A DNA stretch of 64,000 nucleotides, filler included, from Globobulimina sp. (GCA_003354225.1; 14 parts of 14 records of this genome joined end to end with filler, not necessarily neighbours in it); one strand, 5' to 3'. Positions 23,613 to 37,775 are shown, counted from the first letter of the whole stretch. The notes: generated by a model not told the origin, from the sequence alone. Numbers and translations are program-made.

Positions 23613-23695
23613 TTGTGGAACTAAACTTAAGCTAATTAGTAGCTAAATGAAAATATATAAATGACGTGCTTACATATACATAACATGTCATCAAA

Positions 23696-25158
23696 TCAAA
23701 AATGTAGAGTCCATAGTCCCAAAGTAAAAGCTAAATAGGTTAATGTGGGCAACACAAACAATGCGACTAAAAGCGGAGGGCCCCATGGATCATGAAACGG
23801 ATCTTGAAAATTCCTATCGATCAACATTTTTAGTCTTATCCTATACATCCAATATGATCGGAACAATATAATCATGCTAAAAATAATCAGCACAGAGCCA
23901 GTGACCGGTTCATATTGAAAACCCAACAAACCCAAACCAACAAACAACGCCAAAAAGCACATTCGAACCCATTTCAGCAATGTCCTTTCGTTGGCCATAA
24001 ACTCCCTCGGTTCCACCCGTGTGGGGATGCTTATATTCTCTTCGATTTCCCACTTTGGTAACTTATCCATTCCAAACCATTCCTGTCCTTTCCTGGCTAA
24101 CTCGACTTCCATTAAGGTTTTCACCGCAGCAATCCATGAGGGAACACGATGTATTTTGCCTAGATTCATCACACTGATCCCAGTGCAATATTTGCTGAAC
24201 TTATCCACTTGAATGATGAGCCCCGCATTTTGCATGCCATAGATCCACGACGGCAATTCCAAAGAATCAATCTCCTCAAACTTCTCAAACGCTAATTTCA
24301 CCTCCAATACACCAATGGGAAAACAAAATGTTTTGACACTGGCGACTGCAACGGATGGGTCCAATGCTTCTGCCAAGGTCAATCCGCTCACGTCTTTCAA
24401 CGAAATGTCCTCATCAAAGCTCATACGCACTTCTGCGCCGTTGTTTTCTTGGTACACTGTGCGCCGATATTCTGTGCGTAGAGTGTGCTTCAATTTGCTT
24501 CCCCATTTCTGCATATCCCTTAATTAAATTGATATATATATATATATAAATATGCACTGATTATGCATACACTAAACTGATGCATCTGTTCTATAAATGG
24601 TTGCTTAACGGGGACGATCCCGGCGCCATTTTTAAAAAATAAGCGTACTAATTTGGGGTCCAACTGAAACCTCTGTTTGATGGAAGCTTCCCCTCTCCAG
24701 GCTTCTCGACGGATTTTCTGTTCCATGAAACCCATTTTGCATTTGGCATTGCCATACCAGCGGTATCTGAATAGCATGGATTGGTCAACTTGCAATATGC
24801 GTTTATTATACAATGCTAAATTATCAGTGTCCCAATAGACAGACTCGCAAAAAGAACCACTGTCTTCTAATGATGGCGACACTTTGCCATCGTATCTCCA
24901 TTCTGGGATATGTCGGAGTATGCGACGTTTAACTGCGGTGAAGTTGGATGGCAATACCCAGAATTTTAAGGTTTTGCGTAAAAAGGTATCCACGAATTGA
25001 TTCTCTGACATTTGTTTTATTGTTTGCTGATAGACCTGGTGTTTCCCAAATGAATCATATGCTAAATGTTTACTGAAACGACTGTCCGCATTCATTTCAT
25101 TTATCGTCTGATCATTAAACGAGAGTAACGAGTGTGACTCGCCTTTGCCTTTCGACAT
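23696..25158 (-). CDS. VTC4: VTC-family polyphosphate polymerase (VTC catalytic domain + DUF202 3-TM domain), no SPX domain
   Basis: FLRKTLKFWV, SVYWD, FRYRWYG, SIKQRF, YRRT, VRMSFD, FPIGVLEVKL, KFSKY, RVEPREFMANERTLLKW; intron 24519-24577. VTC4 rather than VTC2/3 is inferred from the retained basic tunnel residues. Confidence 0.85.
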
Positions 25159-25771
25159 TGTCCGACCGCAAAAGTTTTCAAATCACAACAAAAACTATAA
25201 AGTGATCATCACAAAAAATAAATTAAACACTCGATCATCACAAGTAGAACCATGCAAATTGTTTAACCACATGATCATGCCATAATTGCCATTCTTCATT
25301 GGTGAATGTACCAACCATACCATTTTCAATTGTTTTTTGTACATCCATTAAATCATCCAAATGTTAATAATTTTGATTCGCTTCCATTATTTGTCTTTAT
25401 TTATGCATTTTTTATATTTATTGGCACTCCTTTTGCTGCTAATTTATCCTCCAATGATTCTTTTTTTATTTATTCCGACCAAATTATAACCAATATTTTA
25501 ACTCTTAATTGCAGGTTATCGTGTTACATTATGTTTGATTTCTGTTGATATTGGATTCCGGCTTACATGCCGGGTGTATGCCTGTATGGGGTGGAGTTAT
25601 ATTAATTAGAATTGTTTGTTGTTTTTGTCAACTGTGAAAATGAAAACCTTCTTCATATCTGTGATCGAGCTTATGACATTCTCACATCGATCCTATATTA
25701 AGCAATGAATTTGATGATGTTATTATTGCTCATAATATCTCCTCATATTTATTCTACAAAAGTGTGAAAAT

Positions 25772-27375
25772 ATGATATTTCAAAGACACAAATGTTGCTC
25801 TCATGTAACAACGAAAAGAAATTATACAAATCGGAAAACGTCGTTGACACCAAACAAGTTTGAAATCCAAAAATTAAAAAATCATCCAATATTACTAACA
25901 TCAACATCAACATCGACTTATCAGCAACGTATACAAATAAGTGAAATAACACCGAAACAAAAACTAAACCTATTGTCACGAAGTTTATCTGTGACTCAAC
26001 TTGAGGTGAATCGTCATGTTCGACTAACAAATGAAACACGTCCATCATCTGCACCATCTGCAAAATATACACATCCCACATTTATAGCTAATGAAAATAA
26101 AATCCGTTTGAAAAAACTAAAATGGAAAAAATATAAGAAACAGAAACATAAAGAAACACCAATTATAAAGACAGCAAAACAACTTTTAATCGATTCAATA
26201 CATAATAGAATTACCAAACCGATCACAGTCGTCACTACAAAAACGGCTAAGGGGGCATTCATGATACAAACACACCAAAATATATCCAAACCAAATGTAA
26301 TAAAACAGAGAAAAAAAAGAAAACGAAAACGACCATCATCCGCACATCATATAATCCTCAAACATCAAAAACGAGAATCGCCAACAAAATCAAATCAAAA
26401 AATGAAACTGTTACGTATTTTTTTATTTTATTTGATTTTGTTAAAAATTATTGCAAAATAATTTAATTATAATATTTAAGTATCGAACACGTTTATTATG
26501 TCGAAAAAAGACCGATTAAGTTCGAGTTTAAAGATTCAGACTCGAGCTCGACCAAAAACGATATGGTAAACCTGAAAAACAGGACAGACTCAATGTGGAA
26601 ATTAATGATGAAAAATGGTCAACAAACAAGTGATAATTCGCGATATATATCGACTGCAATGATGATAAAAAACAGAAAGCAGAAACAAAAAGAATTCGAA
26701 ATGAATAATATTATAAAATTGAGATCGAATTTGATCGGAGAAATGTTTGTCAGACATCATTCACCAAAATTTAATAAAACACAGAATAATAAATTTTCAT
26801 TTTATAATGCAACCGGTACCAATCAGATTGATAATACACAAAATGATAAATGTGCATTTCCAACCAATTGCAATCAAATTGATGTAGAAAATAATAATAT
26901 TAATAATAAGAATAATACATTGAATATTATTAATAATAAAAAATCAAATACAATGATTGGGGCATCATTTGTGTTGTTAATGACAGCAAAATTGCGAATT
27001 AGGCAGAAAAAGGCGTTACAAAAATTAAAGAGTGAAATGTTGACAAAATATGAGAAAAATACACCGTCAATGATACATCCGGACGAATATATAAAGCCAA
27101 TCCTGAAAAAATCTGCGGAAAATCAAACAAAAATAAGTGAGTGTTTGTCAATTGTCGGTCGTAAAAGAATGAGAATTTTAACATATATTTTTAAGCATAT
27201 TGATTTTGATAAAATTGGAGAAATATCATTTGATTCGGTAATGCAGTTCGATTTATTGTTAATACCTGAAGCAACCAAGCAAATGATAATGGAAGATGCA
27301 AATTTATTTTTTAATTTTAGTGGATTGAAAGACACGCCGTCGCCGTATATGAATATGTTGGATTGGGGGGGGTAG
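25772..27375 (+). CDS. Basic low-complexity protein with an EF-hand-like motif (ends uncertain)
   Basis: Intron 26410-26480 joins two ORFs in frame; IFKHIDFDKIGEISFD is EF-hand-like. Confidence 0.6.
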
Positions 27376-27879
27376 CCGCCAGACCCACCCAGGAAATCTA
27401 TAATATCGTGTGCGAAATACGAAGTAATATCCCTNNNNNNNNNNNNNNNNNNNNNNNNNNNNNNNNNNNNNNNNNNNNTTAATTAATTAANNNNNNNNNN
27501 NNNNNNNNNNNNNNNNNNNNNNNNNNNNNNNNNNCAGACTCAGCAGACGAATTTTAGAAAGAGGAGGAAATGATAGGAGGTTAACTAGAAAACGTTTTGG
27601 TAAAAAAATCAGAAAAACATTTTTCCGCTACAATATTTTCATATATATGTGCAAGGATATGCAACATTTTGTTGTTATTAAAGTATGCAGATGAACAAAA
27701 AATGCCGCAATTACAAACTCAACAAAACAAATTACAAATAAACAGCATAAAACGATTCACAAAACATCATCACAAAACAGATTACAAAACACGACAAAAC
27801 ACAAAACATGTTTTATAAATCTCATTAAAACTCGACAAAGAACATATATTTCATCTATTAATAGTATTAGTATTAATAA

Positions 27880-28731
27880 TCAATAACCAAAATTTGGTTC
27901 ATGTTCCATTAATCGTGTAATAAATATCTCCTTTTCTTCATCGCCAAACGGCAAAAACAAATTATGTTTCTTCAACCAATTTACATCCGTTTCACCATTG
28001 ATGTTAATAACGTGTAAGTGCCCATGTCCTTTCTCATAAATATTATTAATATCAAACATGATTCCAATTACATTCAAATCGCCATTTCGAACACTTCGCG
28101 ATAGCCTGGCATCCCCCATCAATGCATTTATTTGAAAATCGACATTAATCTCAGCATAAACGTTCCATTTTTTATCATGTGGCATTGAGTGTAATTTGTA
28201 AACATTGGCTAAAGAATCCGCATAATGGATGACTCGAACCAATGAGGCAATCTCTTGAACAATGGTATGATGATAATTGTAATCAGAATCCATCGCAGCT
28301 CGTATTGCCCTGCAATTTGTATGTCCCATAATAATGGCATATGGCGTCTGTAACACATCTAAGCCAAAATGAGTTGAACCGCATGAATTTGAATATTGAT
28401 TTCCTATGTTTCGAACAGAAAACGTTGCGTTGATAAAATCCATTCCCAACACAGAGATTGGTACTCTGTTATCACAACATGATAATAAGGACACTTCCGG
28501 ATGTGGGGCGTCTGCTGAATGTTCTTCATAATCTTTTGTCACATTTTCCGTCAACCATTCGTTATTTCCATCATATACGTTCCGTAAAAATCCATCTCCA
28601 AAATGGTGTTCATGACATTTATTTGATTCTTGTCGATTCAATGTTGTTACAGTTGTTGTTTTTGGTGCTTGTGTTGTGCAAAACAATCTAGTGCACCTTG
28701 TACATGATTTTCCAAACGTTTTCAGCAACAT
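27880..28731 (-). CDS. Beta-carbonic anhydrase with mitochondrial-like presequence
   Basis: Zn ligands in LSCCDNRV and MGHTNC, plus RNIGN and EINV; intronless. Confidence 0.9.
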   Translation of the reverse strand: MLLKTFGKSCTRCTRLFCTTQAPKTTTVTTLNRQESNKCHEHHFGDGFLRNVYDGNNEWLTENVTKDYEEHSADAPHPEVSLLSCCDNRVPISVLGMDFINATFSVRNIGNQYSNSCGSTHFGLDVLQTPYAIIMGHTNCRAIRAAMDSDYNYHHTIVQEIASLVRVIHYADSLANVYKLHSMPHDKKWNVYAEINVDFQINALMGDARLSRSVRNGDLNVIGIMFDINNIYEKGHGHLHVININGETDVNWLKKHNLFLPFGDEEKEIFITRLMEHEPNFGY

Positions 28732-28826
28732 GATTTTAAGGTTTTTTATCTAGTGTTAAATGTAGTGACTTTTATTATAAAACAACTCAAAACAAGCATA
28801 TTTATTCAACCAACTACAACGGAATT

Positions 28827-31076
28827 CTAAGCCTGCAAACATTTTTGTAAGCTGCCTACTTTTTTCTCATGCTTTTCTGTCCGATAACAACGCATAAATG
28901 TTTTAAATTGAGGGGTTATTTTATCTTTGTCAATGCATGAATCATATAATTCAAATAGTGTTTCTCCTACACCATGACATTTCTTTTGTAGATTAGATTT
29001 GCATTGAATATGATGTACTGTGCCAGTATGCACATCAAACTTTGGAATCGGATCTAAATCGGGTATTATTGTGGTTGCAATACGAGATAATAAATCAATA
29101 TTAATATTGAATTTCTGACTCGACCAAACCAAACCAGCATTAGAAATACCAATTGTTCTCACATTTAAGTTTGAATATTTCTCCTTTAACATAGCACCAA
29201 CAATATGCGACACTGATCCTCCCAATGAGTGCCCAGCAACAATTAACTCAATATCAGATCCATTCAGTTTACTTATATTATTCTCAATGTACTGATTAAT
29301 TCCTTTGTGATGCCGATTTGCTACTTCTTTAAAAATAATACCTTCAGTAACACTCATTGTTTTGATCAAATATTTAATTAGCGATTGTGGCATTAATTCT
29401 GTGATAGGAAAGAATTTCGAAAAGCCACTCAGTGCTGCAATCTCAGAGTATAATGTAAAATCTTCATAAAAATCCCGCTTGTCCTGTGTCCCACGAATGA
29501 TAATCATATGTTGTTGCTTGTGCTCGTGCTGCAGGTGTAAAAAAATTGGAGTTGTCTCGTGAGCAGCAATAATCCGCCATGGATTTGGTTCCTTATAAAA
29601 TCCTTCAAAATATAAATTTATAGAGTCTTTCAGTGAATCTCTTGGTGTCATACGATAAACCATATTCGATAGGAATGTGACATCAAATAATACATTCCGT
29701 TCTTGCTCAATCATACAAAGCGGATATTTCATTCTTGAGGTGGCTGGATATCTGTCTTGAGGTGGCTGGATAGCAGAATCATCATCCTTTGCATATCTGT
29801 CTTCAATGTCGATGTATTCTGCCACAAAAAATTGAGTACCGCTGAATATTACTCCCAGAATAGCCCATACACTCAATAATATTTTCATAATCGAGGGTCC
29901 TTTGGATGCAGATTTCCAACCGGATAAATACTGAAACAATTTAATTTGACACGCATCAATCAATAATATATAATAACATAAAATCGGCAATAAAGAGCAT
30001 GAAAATAAAAATTGCCGTCCACGATCCTTTTTATACACAATCAAAAGTTGAACCACATACCAAATGACTGCAGCTACTCTTAATATTATTGAAAACGTTG
30101 TGTAGCTCTGTCCCGTATTCTGTTTTTGTTGCTTTGTAATGAGTTTAATTTCTGTTAAGTCATCAAATTCTGATAAGTCATCAAATTTCTTTTTTAATGC
30201 TTGATTTGTTTGATGTTTTTTTAGTTTCTCTTTCATTTCATTACAAATTGAATTGTTTAAACCTAATGCTTGATTTGCGTTTGACCACACATTCAAATCA
30301 ATTTTGTACATTAAAAGGAAAAATCTTTTCATCTGTTGCAGGTCCATTATGCAGGTGAATATGATCCAATTTCTCCATAAAAACCCCGCAATGATGTAAG
30401 ATATTGACAAAATGCCACCAGCGTACATTGAGACTAATGTTAAATTTTTGAAGATGACAAAATCATCAATTTGTATCAATAAATCGATAGACTGGGTTTC
30501 GATGATTGTTTGGCGAACAGCAAAACCAATAATGGATAGAAACACTATCAATCGAAAGATGTTTCCGGCAGAAATAGAGCATACATTACAAAAATGTACA
30601 TGATATTGGTCATATTTTACAAACCATATTAAAATACATACTTTCCAACATTGATGAGTTATCTTCCAACATATTGTTAATGTGATAATAAATTGTGGGA
30701 AATACACAATTAAACTTTCAATTTTATCCAATATGACATCACTTTCAGTCAAAGCATCGAATATAAATAATACTATTTCTATGGTTATATTCACGATAAA
30801 CATGAACGCGACACACAAAAACATCATTGATGCATAAGACATCACTATTTTCATCATGAAGTCTAAGATTTTCGTTGCCAATTTTATTACTTTCATTTTG
30901 GAAAACTGCTCTTTTGGTTTATTTTCATGTATTGTCATTATTTGCTGGTGTTTTAATTTGACAGTCAAACCAGACAAAACCGATCCTTTTGAGTCACATG
31001 AATCTCTTTTTGTAGGCTTCGCCGTTTCCAGATTATCATTATTTTCATAAATATTAATTTCGAAGGTGTCGGACAT
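28827..31076 (-). CDS. Membrane-anchored class-3 lipase
   Basis: Several N-terminal TM helices; IRGT, AGHSLGG nucleophile elbow, DLDPIP and CHG. Confidence 0.88.
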   Translation of the reverse strand: MSDTFEINIYENNDNLETAKPTKRDSCDSKGSVLSGLTVKLKHQQIMTIHENKPKEQFSKMKVIKLATKILDFMMKIVMSYASMMFLCVAFMFIVNITIEIVLFIFDALTESDVILDKIESLIVYFPQFIITLTICWKITHQCWKVCILIWFVKYDQYHVHFCNVCSISAGNIFRLIVFLSIIGFAVRQTIIETQSIDLLIQIDDFVIFKNLTLVSMYAGGILSISYIIAGFLWRNWIIFTCIMDLQQMKRFFLLMYKIDLNVWSNANQALGLNNSICNEMKEKLKKHQTNQALKKKFDDLSEFDDLTEIKLITKQQKQNTGQSYTTFSIILRVAAVIWYVVQLLIVYKKDRGRQFLFSCSLLPILCYYILLIDACQIKLFQYLSGWKSASKGPSIMKILLSVWAILGVIFSGTQFFVAEYIDIEDRYAKDDDSAIQPPQDRYPATSRMKYPLCMIEQERNVLFDVTFLSNMVYRMTPRDSLKDSINLYFEGFYKEPNPWRIIAAHETTPIFLHLQHEHKQQHMIIIRGTQDKRDFYEDFTLYSEIAALSGFSKFFPITELMPQSLIKYLIKTMSVTEGIIFKEVANRHHKGINQYIENNISKLNGSDIELIVAGHSLGGSVSHIVGAMLKEKYSNLNVRTIGISNAGLVWSSQKFNINIDLLSRIATTIIPDLDPIPKFDVHTGTVHHIQCKSNLQKKCHGVGETLFELYDSCIDKDKITPQFKTFMRCYRTEKHEKKVGSLQKCLQA

Positions 31077-31253
31077 GTTGGTTTTTTTTTTACATCGCCG
31101 CATTGCGAATTATCGTTAATTATACGTAAATTGACACTGTAGCAGCTGCATATTTCATCAGATGTCATGATGTGGTTAGTTTCACATTTTGTTACTTAGA
31201 GTCAACACTTCAAAATCTTTTCCACTTTCATCTAACACTGCTAGAAGCACAAC

Positions 31254-32017
<764 letters not shown>

Positions 32018-32352
32018 NNNNNNNNNNNNNNNNNNNNNNNNNNNNNNNNNNNNNNNNNNNNTTAATTAATTAANNNNNNNNNNNNNNNNNNNNNNNNNNN
32101 NNNNNNNNNNNNNNNNNCTGTGCTATATCTATTTGTCTCTCTATACCTTCAACGATCGAATGTTTATTTTGTACACTAAACAACGATAAGTTATTAAACC
32201 ATGAACTTAGTCCTCGGCCCATACTCACTCCACTTCTTTAGTAATATTTTCCGAGTCAAACCACAAAAATCATCAAATAATAAATGAATATTGTTTCGCA
32301 GTAAATATTATTATTTGATAAAATTACAATATGTTTGACGGAAAATATCATA

Positions 32353-33081
32353 TTATTTTAACTTTTCGCTCTTTTTTTTTCTCTGTTCTGCGAGCTGTTT
32401 TTTATCGCGAATGTTTTTGATATTTTTGCTAAAATTACAACAATAATATGGATGCACTGATAAACGCCACGAATAAAATGTGCGCAATGAACATCTGTTC
32501 AACATTGATGTGCTATACATATCGCTGTGTGAATATTGAATATATAATTTCTGCGCAGCACACCATCCGTAATGCAATGCATTGCCAGTTAGTATTTGTT
32601 TGCCATAAAACTCAAAATCCACACCTTTCTGCAACAAATGTGACCCACCGTGAGCTGAACATACTGCAACACCACGAATATACCTCTTTGCATCGGCATG
32701 TAACGCACATTGCAATGCTACATTTCCGCCCATTGATAAACCTACAATGTACACCCGATGTGCATTGAACTCATTCAGTTCAGCTTTGGAATCGCTATTT
32801 GTTGAGGTTGACGCGTTAATTTTGCCACATTCAGCATCGATATCTATTTTTTTATCAGCAAATAATTTCTTTACCACATCCATAATATCATTGGCATATT
32901 GTTCCCCAGTATAAAATTCATGATTTGTTTGTGGGCCTACTCCTGTTTCACCAATGCCGCGGTAATCAATAACTATCACATTCCGGCCATATTGAGACAA
33001 TACATGTGCCAAATGGTCGTAATCTTCTTTCATATTACTCCATCCGCCTAATAATATAATCGACGATTTCTTTGGGTTCAA
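32353..33081 (-). pseudogene. Alpha/beta-hydrolase fragment, probably chimeric or decayed
   Basis: IILLGGW, DYRGIGET and VGLSMGG are clear, but there is no in-frame ATG before them (TAG upstream) and the C-terminus loses similarity. Confidence 0.55.
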
Positions 33082-33234
33082 TATACGCGGCGATGGCCCA
33101 AAACAGAATATGTTCGGTGCTATACAGGTTTTATATGGCTTCGCCGGCCACCACTATGTACATCATGCAAATTGTCAAAAATGTATAAGTTTTTGCTGTA
33201 TCTATACAATCCGCAGAAAATTGTACATCATGCA

Positions 33235-33960
33235 TCATAATAATCTGTACATATCAACAAAAGTTAAAAATAACTTAACTGAATAAAACATTTCTAATTT
33301 ATCAGTATTAACAATGACTGACTGCGATGTAGGCTGTTCATCGCGGTCAGCGTCAGCTATATGCAAACACAAAAAAACAATATAATATATACCCGGATAC
33401 ACAAATAGGCAAAGATTTAGTTCACCGGAATCACAGAAACCATACAACAGCCAATAAATTGTCAAAACAGTAATAATAACCGGAGCTACTTTATTATTAT
33501 AAAACTCCTTCGACAAATATACGGCTTGCAATGTCAACACAACACTCAAAAAAGCTCTCGTGACAATGGTTACTATGCCATTTTGATAATGAGAATGCGG
33601 AAATTGCCACCTCGACATCAACCAATCATGTTTGTAATAAAATAAATTATTATATTGCACCACATGCACAGCATACCATAGCACGGTAAATGTCAGCGAT
33701 CCAATGCCGAAAATATACAAAGCCATGAAGAAAAAGTGCACATTTTGGTGTCTTTTGTTGTTATCATAAACTGTCTTAGGTTTGGCGAAGGTACACACCG
33801 CTTTGTCCTTTGTGTGTTGGTATACTGCGTCAGCATACTTTTCCTCTTCAGTTTGCTCGAAATCTGCATGTTTGCTGTTTGGTTTTATGTTCAACTCAAC
33901 TCCATTTGCATACAATTGTGCAGGATTACGATCCGATGTAATGTTGTTATCAGTATTCAT
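33235..33960 (-). CDS. Multi-pass membrane protein fragment
   Basis: 241-aa ORF with 4-5 hydrophobic helices; continuation unclear. Confidence 0.5.
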   Translation of the reverse strand: MNTDNNITSDRNPAQLYANGVELNIKPNSKHADFEQTEEEKYADAVYQHTKDKAVCTFAKPKTVYDNNKRHQNVHFFFMALYIFGIGSLTFTVLWYAVHVVQYNNLFYYKHDWLMSRWQFPHSHYQNGIVTIVTRAFLSVVLTLQAVYLSKEFYNNKVAPVIITVLTIYWLLYGFCDSGELNLCLFVYPGIYYIVFLCLHIADADRDEQPTSQSVIVNTDKLEMFYSVKLFLTFVDMYRLL

Positions 33961-34649
33961 TTTGTATGGAGCATAGCGTTTGAACTTGAGTGAGAATGCT
34001 AGAAATATTACAGATAGACTCCAGACAATATTATAAAAATAAAATTCGATATAAAATGCATATTTGAAATATTTGCTTGTTTTTGCTGTTTCTGGGTCGA
34101 TAATGCATGAATATAAATGTAAGAGATTGGTAAATAAGTTCCAGATTAAGATTACTTTTGTATTCGTGTATGTATATATATATATATTGATTGATGCTTT
34201 TCTATTTTGGTGATATCATAGAATACACAATTTTAACTGAAAAATAGCATGAATCGAACGAGTGTTAATGGGAGCGGTGATTTTAGCGTATATTGTATTC
34301 GTTGGAGCACAATTATCATTAGATAGAAACCCAGCAACATGTAACATATAAAAAGCGTTATTGCCCCAATGTTTAAGTCATCAGATATTGCCATGATGTT
34401 GACGGAAGTTTTAGTGTCGGAAAACAACAGAAACATCATCAACCATGTTGCTTGTCATCATAACCATTCATAAGTGGCGTACTTATTACTGTGCATATTT
34501 TACTGTCCATTCTATTGCAGTACGTATGAATTTTTCCCTATCATTCCAATAATAGTGGGATAGTATTCAACCGGATCGAAATCAGGACCATGCTCACCGA
34601 TTGCTTATACATTCTGGAGGCAATCATAAAAGAAATGGAAGAAAAGAAG

Positions 34650-36455
34650 ATGTGCGGTATGTATTGATGTTTCTGTAATAATATATTTGAAGGATATGCT
34701 TATAGTGTGAGAGAAACTGCGCTGTGGAATGATTTTGTGATGGTAGCCCAACATGGATTGACTTGTTTGTTGGCCTTCGGTAGAGTTCAATGCATGTTTG
34801 GTCAAACTTTTTCCAGTTTGGTTTATATTTTATATATCCGCCATAAAAAATTCTAAATATATACTTATAAGTTTCGTTTTTTGACATTCAGTTTCCACCA
34901 GAAATTCATTATTAGGATTTAGGAGTTCGACCGTTTCAGTCGTTTTTGGTTGGTATGATGTTTGCAGCTTATTATTAGAGTCCGTATACACTTTGCTTTA
35001 TATTTGGAAGCATGGATAAAGTTTGGCCATTATGTGTTGCAGGTTACTCGGGAGATCGACAAGGATCGTGGCATTGGGTCTATTATTGCTGGCTTACTGC
35101 AGTGCTCGTGCATTATATCCACATTGTTTGCAAATCCTAGAATAAATATTTACACTCTCTTTGCATACTTTGTAACAATTTGTTACTCACAAAACCATAC
35201 ATTCGCTATACAGATTGATAATTGTTGTGGTTATTCTCTTTATTGAATGAATATTCACGTTCACAGTCACCAGATACATATTTATTGCAGATTCATAAAC
35301 GTTTTTAAACCGCAAACAAAGCCGGTTGGAGTATGAAAGTATGGAGTATGATGGACATATAACACTCAACAAATATGTGCAAATATGGCGCATTTGTGTA
35401 ATATAATATTAATGTATTTGTGTGCATTTTGAATTTTTCTTTGTGTTCTTCTTTGTTTCAGTTCGCCACAATGGTTTCATTACGATTGTGCTTTTCATCT
35501 CCAAACTGCTGTTCCAAGTGATCCAAGAGTTAAAAGAAAAACCTTCCAACAACATCTTCCACCAATTTATCTTAATCCTATAAAGTCTATGATAAAGAAT
35601 AAACAAAACAGAAATTCAAGAAGTAATTCACGTTCGCAGTCACCAGATCGCAATTCATCCTCCAGATCTCGTTCAAGATCAAGAGATAAGAAAAAAGAAG
35701 AAAAAAAATCAGAACATCATGATGTATGATGTACATATTTCTTGCATCATAATTTATAAACGTTTTTGAGTATACATATTTAATAAACCCTAAACAAAGC
35801 CGGTGAAAGTATGGAACACAGAAATGGATGAAAAGAAGATAAGTCGACGACATACAACACTCAACAAATGTGCCGTATGTATTGGTGTCTCTGTAATAAT
35901 ATATTTGAAGGATATGCTTATAATATGCGAGAAATAGCTCTGTGGAATGATTTTGTGATGCTAGCCTAACATGGATCACCTGTCTAGTTGGCCTTTGGTA
36001 GAGTCCAATGCATGTTTGGCCAAACTGTTTCCAGTTTAGTTTATATGCCATAAAAAATTACAATTATATAAAATTCGTTTTTTTACATTTAGTTCCCACC
36101 GTATTAAGTTGGAATTTGTACCTGGAATTTATTATAAATTATTAGGAGTGCTTCGACCGTTTCAATCGTTTTTGGTTTGTATGATGTTTGCAGCTTATTA
36201 TTATAGTACGTATACAATTAATTTGCTTTAATTATAATTGGGAAGCATGGAGACAGTTTGGCCATTATGTGTTGCAGGTTACTAAGGAGATAGCCAGGGG
36301 TCGTGGCATTAGGTCTATCTTACGGGCTTACTGCAGTGCTCATTATATCCATATTATTCGCATATCCTACAATATACATTTACACTCTCTTTGCATACTT
36401 TGTAACAACGTGTTACTCACAAAAGCATACCTTCTTTATACAGATTAATAATTGC
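34650..36455 (+). repeat. Diverged tandem duplication of decayed coding-like sequence
   Basis: About 34655-35224 aligns with about 35872-36454 (period about 1.2 kb); further partial copies at about 35255-35390 and 35626-35875. Confidence 0.85.
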
Positions 36456-36699
36456 AGCGCTGCATTTAAATCCAATTTCAAATGGTATTATCAATCTGCA
36501 AAGGTTTGTTTTGGTTCAGAAGGATATTTTGAAGAATTGCCGCCATTGTATGTTGATGGTATCGGGATTGGTGTTCGTGTATTCCCCAATTATCAAAATN
36601 NNNNNNNNNNNNNNNNNNNNNNNNNNNNNNNNNNNNNNNNNNNTTAATTAATTAANNNNNNNNNNNNNNNNNNNNNNNNNNNNNNNNNNNNNNNNNNNN

Positions 36700-37775
36700 T
36701 TATATGCATCATTTAAGCATGGCGATGACCGTTGAACAGGAGAGCCAGCGATAAGAAATCCGCCTGGTTTTAACAACTTGAAACATTTTTTTATTGCTTC
36801 AACACCAACAATACCATTAATTGGCGCTTGCCACAAAACATCGGAGGCAATAATAATATCATACAGCCCATCATTCGCTTGTTTCGAAACATAATCTTCC
36901 ATAAATTCACTATCATCAATATCACCTAAAAATATTTCATTATATTGATTCAAATATTTCGCATATTTGGCTTTACCATATTCCAATGATCGAACTGAAT
37001 GATCAAAACCATACAAATTAAATGTGTCATCAAAACCATTTCCATCTTTATTTCCAAAATGCTCTTTTAAAGCATCAAAATATGGATAAAAATGAGCTAT
37101 GGATTGTCCAATTAAACCAACACCGCATCCAATATCCAATATATTTAATTTATTCTCGTTTGTTTTAATGTTTTCTAAAAACGAATTGTTTACGAGATTA
37201 TCATATTTGTTCTCATTCGCTAGATCTTTTATAATATCTGTCAAAGTATGAAATAATACAAAAACAACGTTCTGCGCACATGCCATGGATGAATTTGGTA
37301 TACGTAGTAATTGGTACATATCCCAGTAAGCATTATCAATATTTATTGCTATTTCAGAATCCTCCGTATCAGAGGTTTCTGCCTCATTTAAAGCATATTG
37401 TTTCTTTAAATTATTTTGAGTTTTGGTAATACTTTTACATTCATCAATAAATGCGGCGGCGGCATTTACTTTTTGACCGTGCATAATATAATCATTTATC
37501 CATTTCCTTTCAGCCGCAACAGATTCTTGAATAATAACTTGTTGCTTATCCTTATGAACGCAGGACTCGAAAGCTTCCAAAAAATCAATCATATCGGATT
37601 TACTGCTAAACGCTTTGGATGTTATATGAAAATGATCTTGTAAATATCTGGCTAAATCAACAAATGACATTGAATCCCATTTCTCTTTTTCATATATTAC
37701 TAAGCCAGCGCCTAAACAATATGGGGAACATGGCAATAGTCTTTGTGACAATAAACGACCAACTTTGGCCCACAT
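36700..37775 (-). CDS. Class I SAM-dependent methyltransferase, 3'-truncated
   Basis: ILDIGCGVG, LYGFD, YDIIIASDV, LLKPGGFL; basic N-terminal presequence. Confidence 0.88.

Noticed and set aside
34650-36455. Possible LTR pair
   Set aside because: No TG...CA termini, primer-binding site or internal gag/pol; a tandem duplication explains it better.
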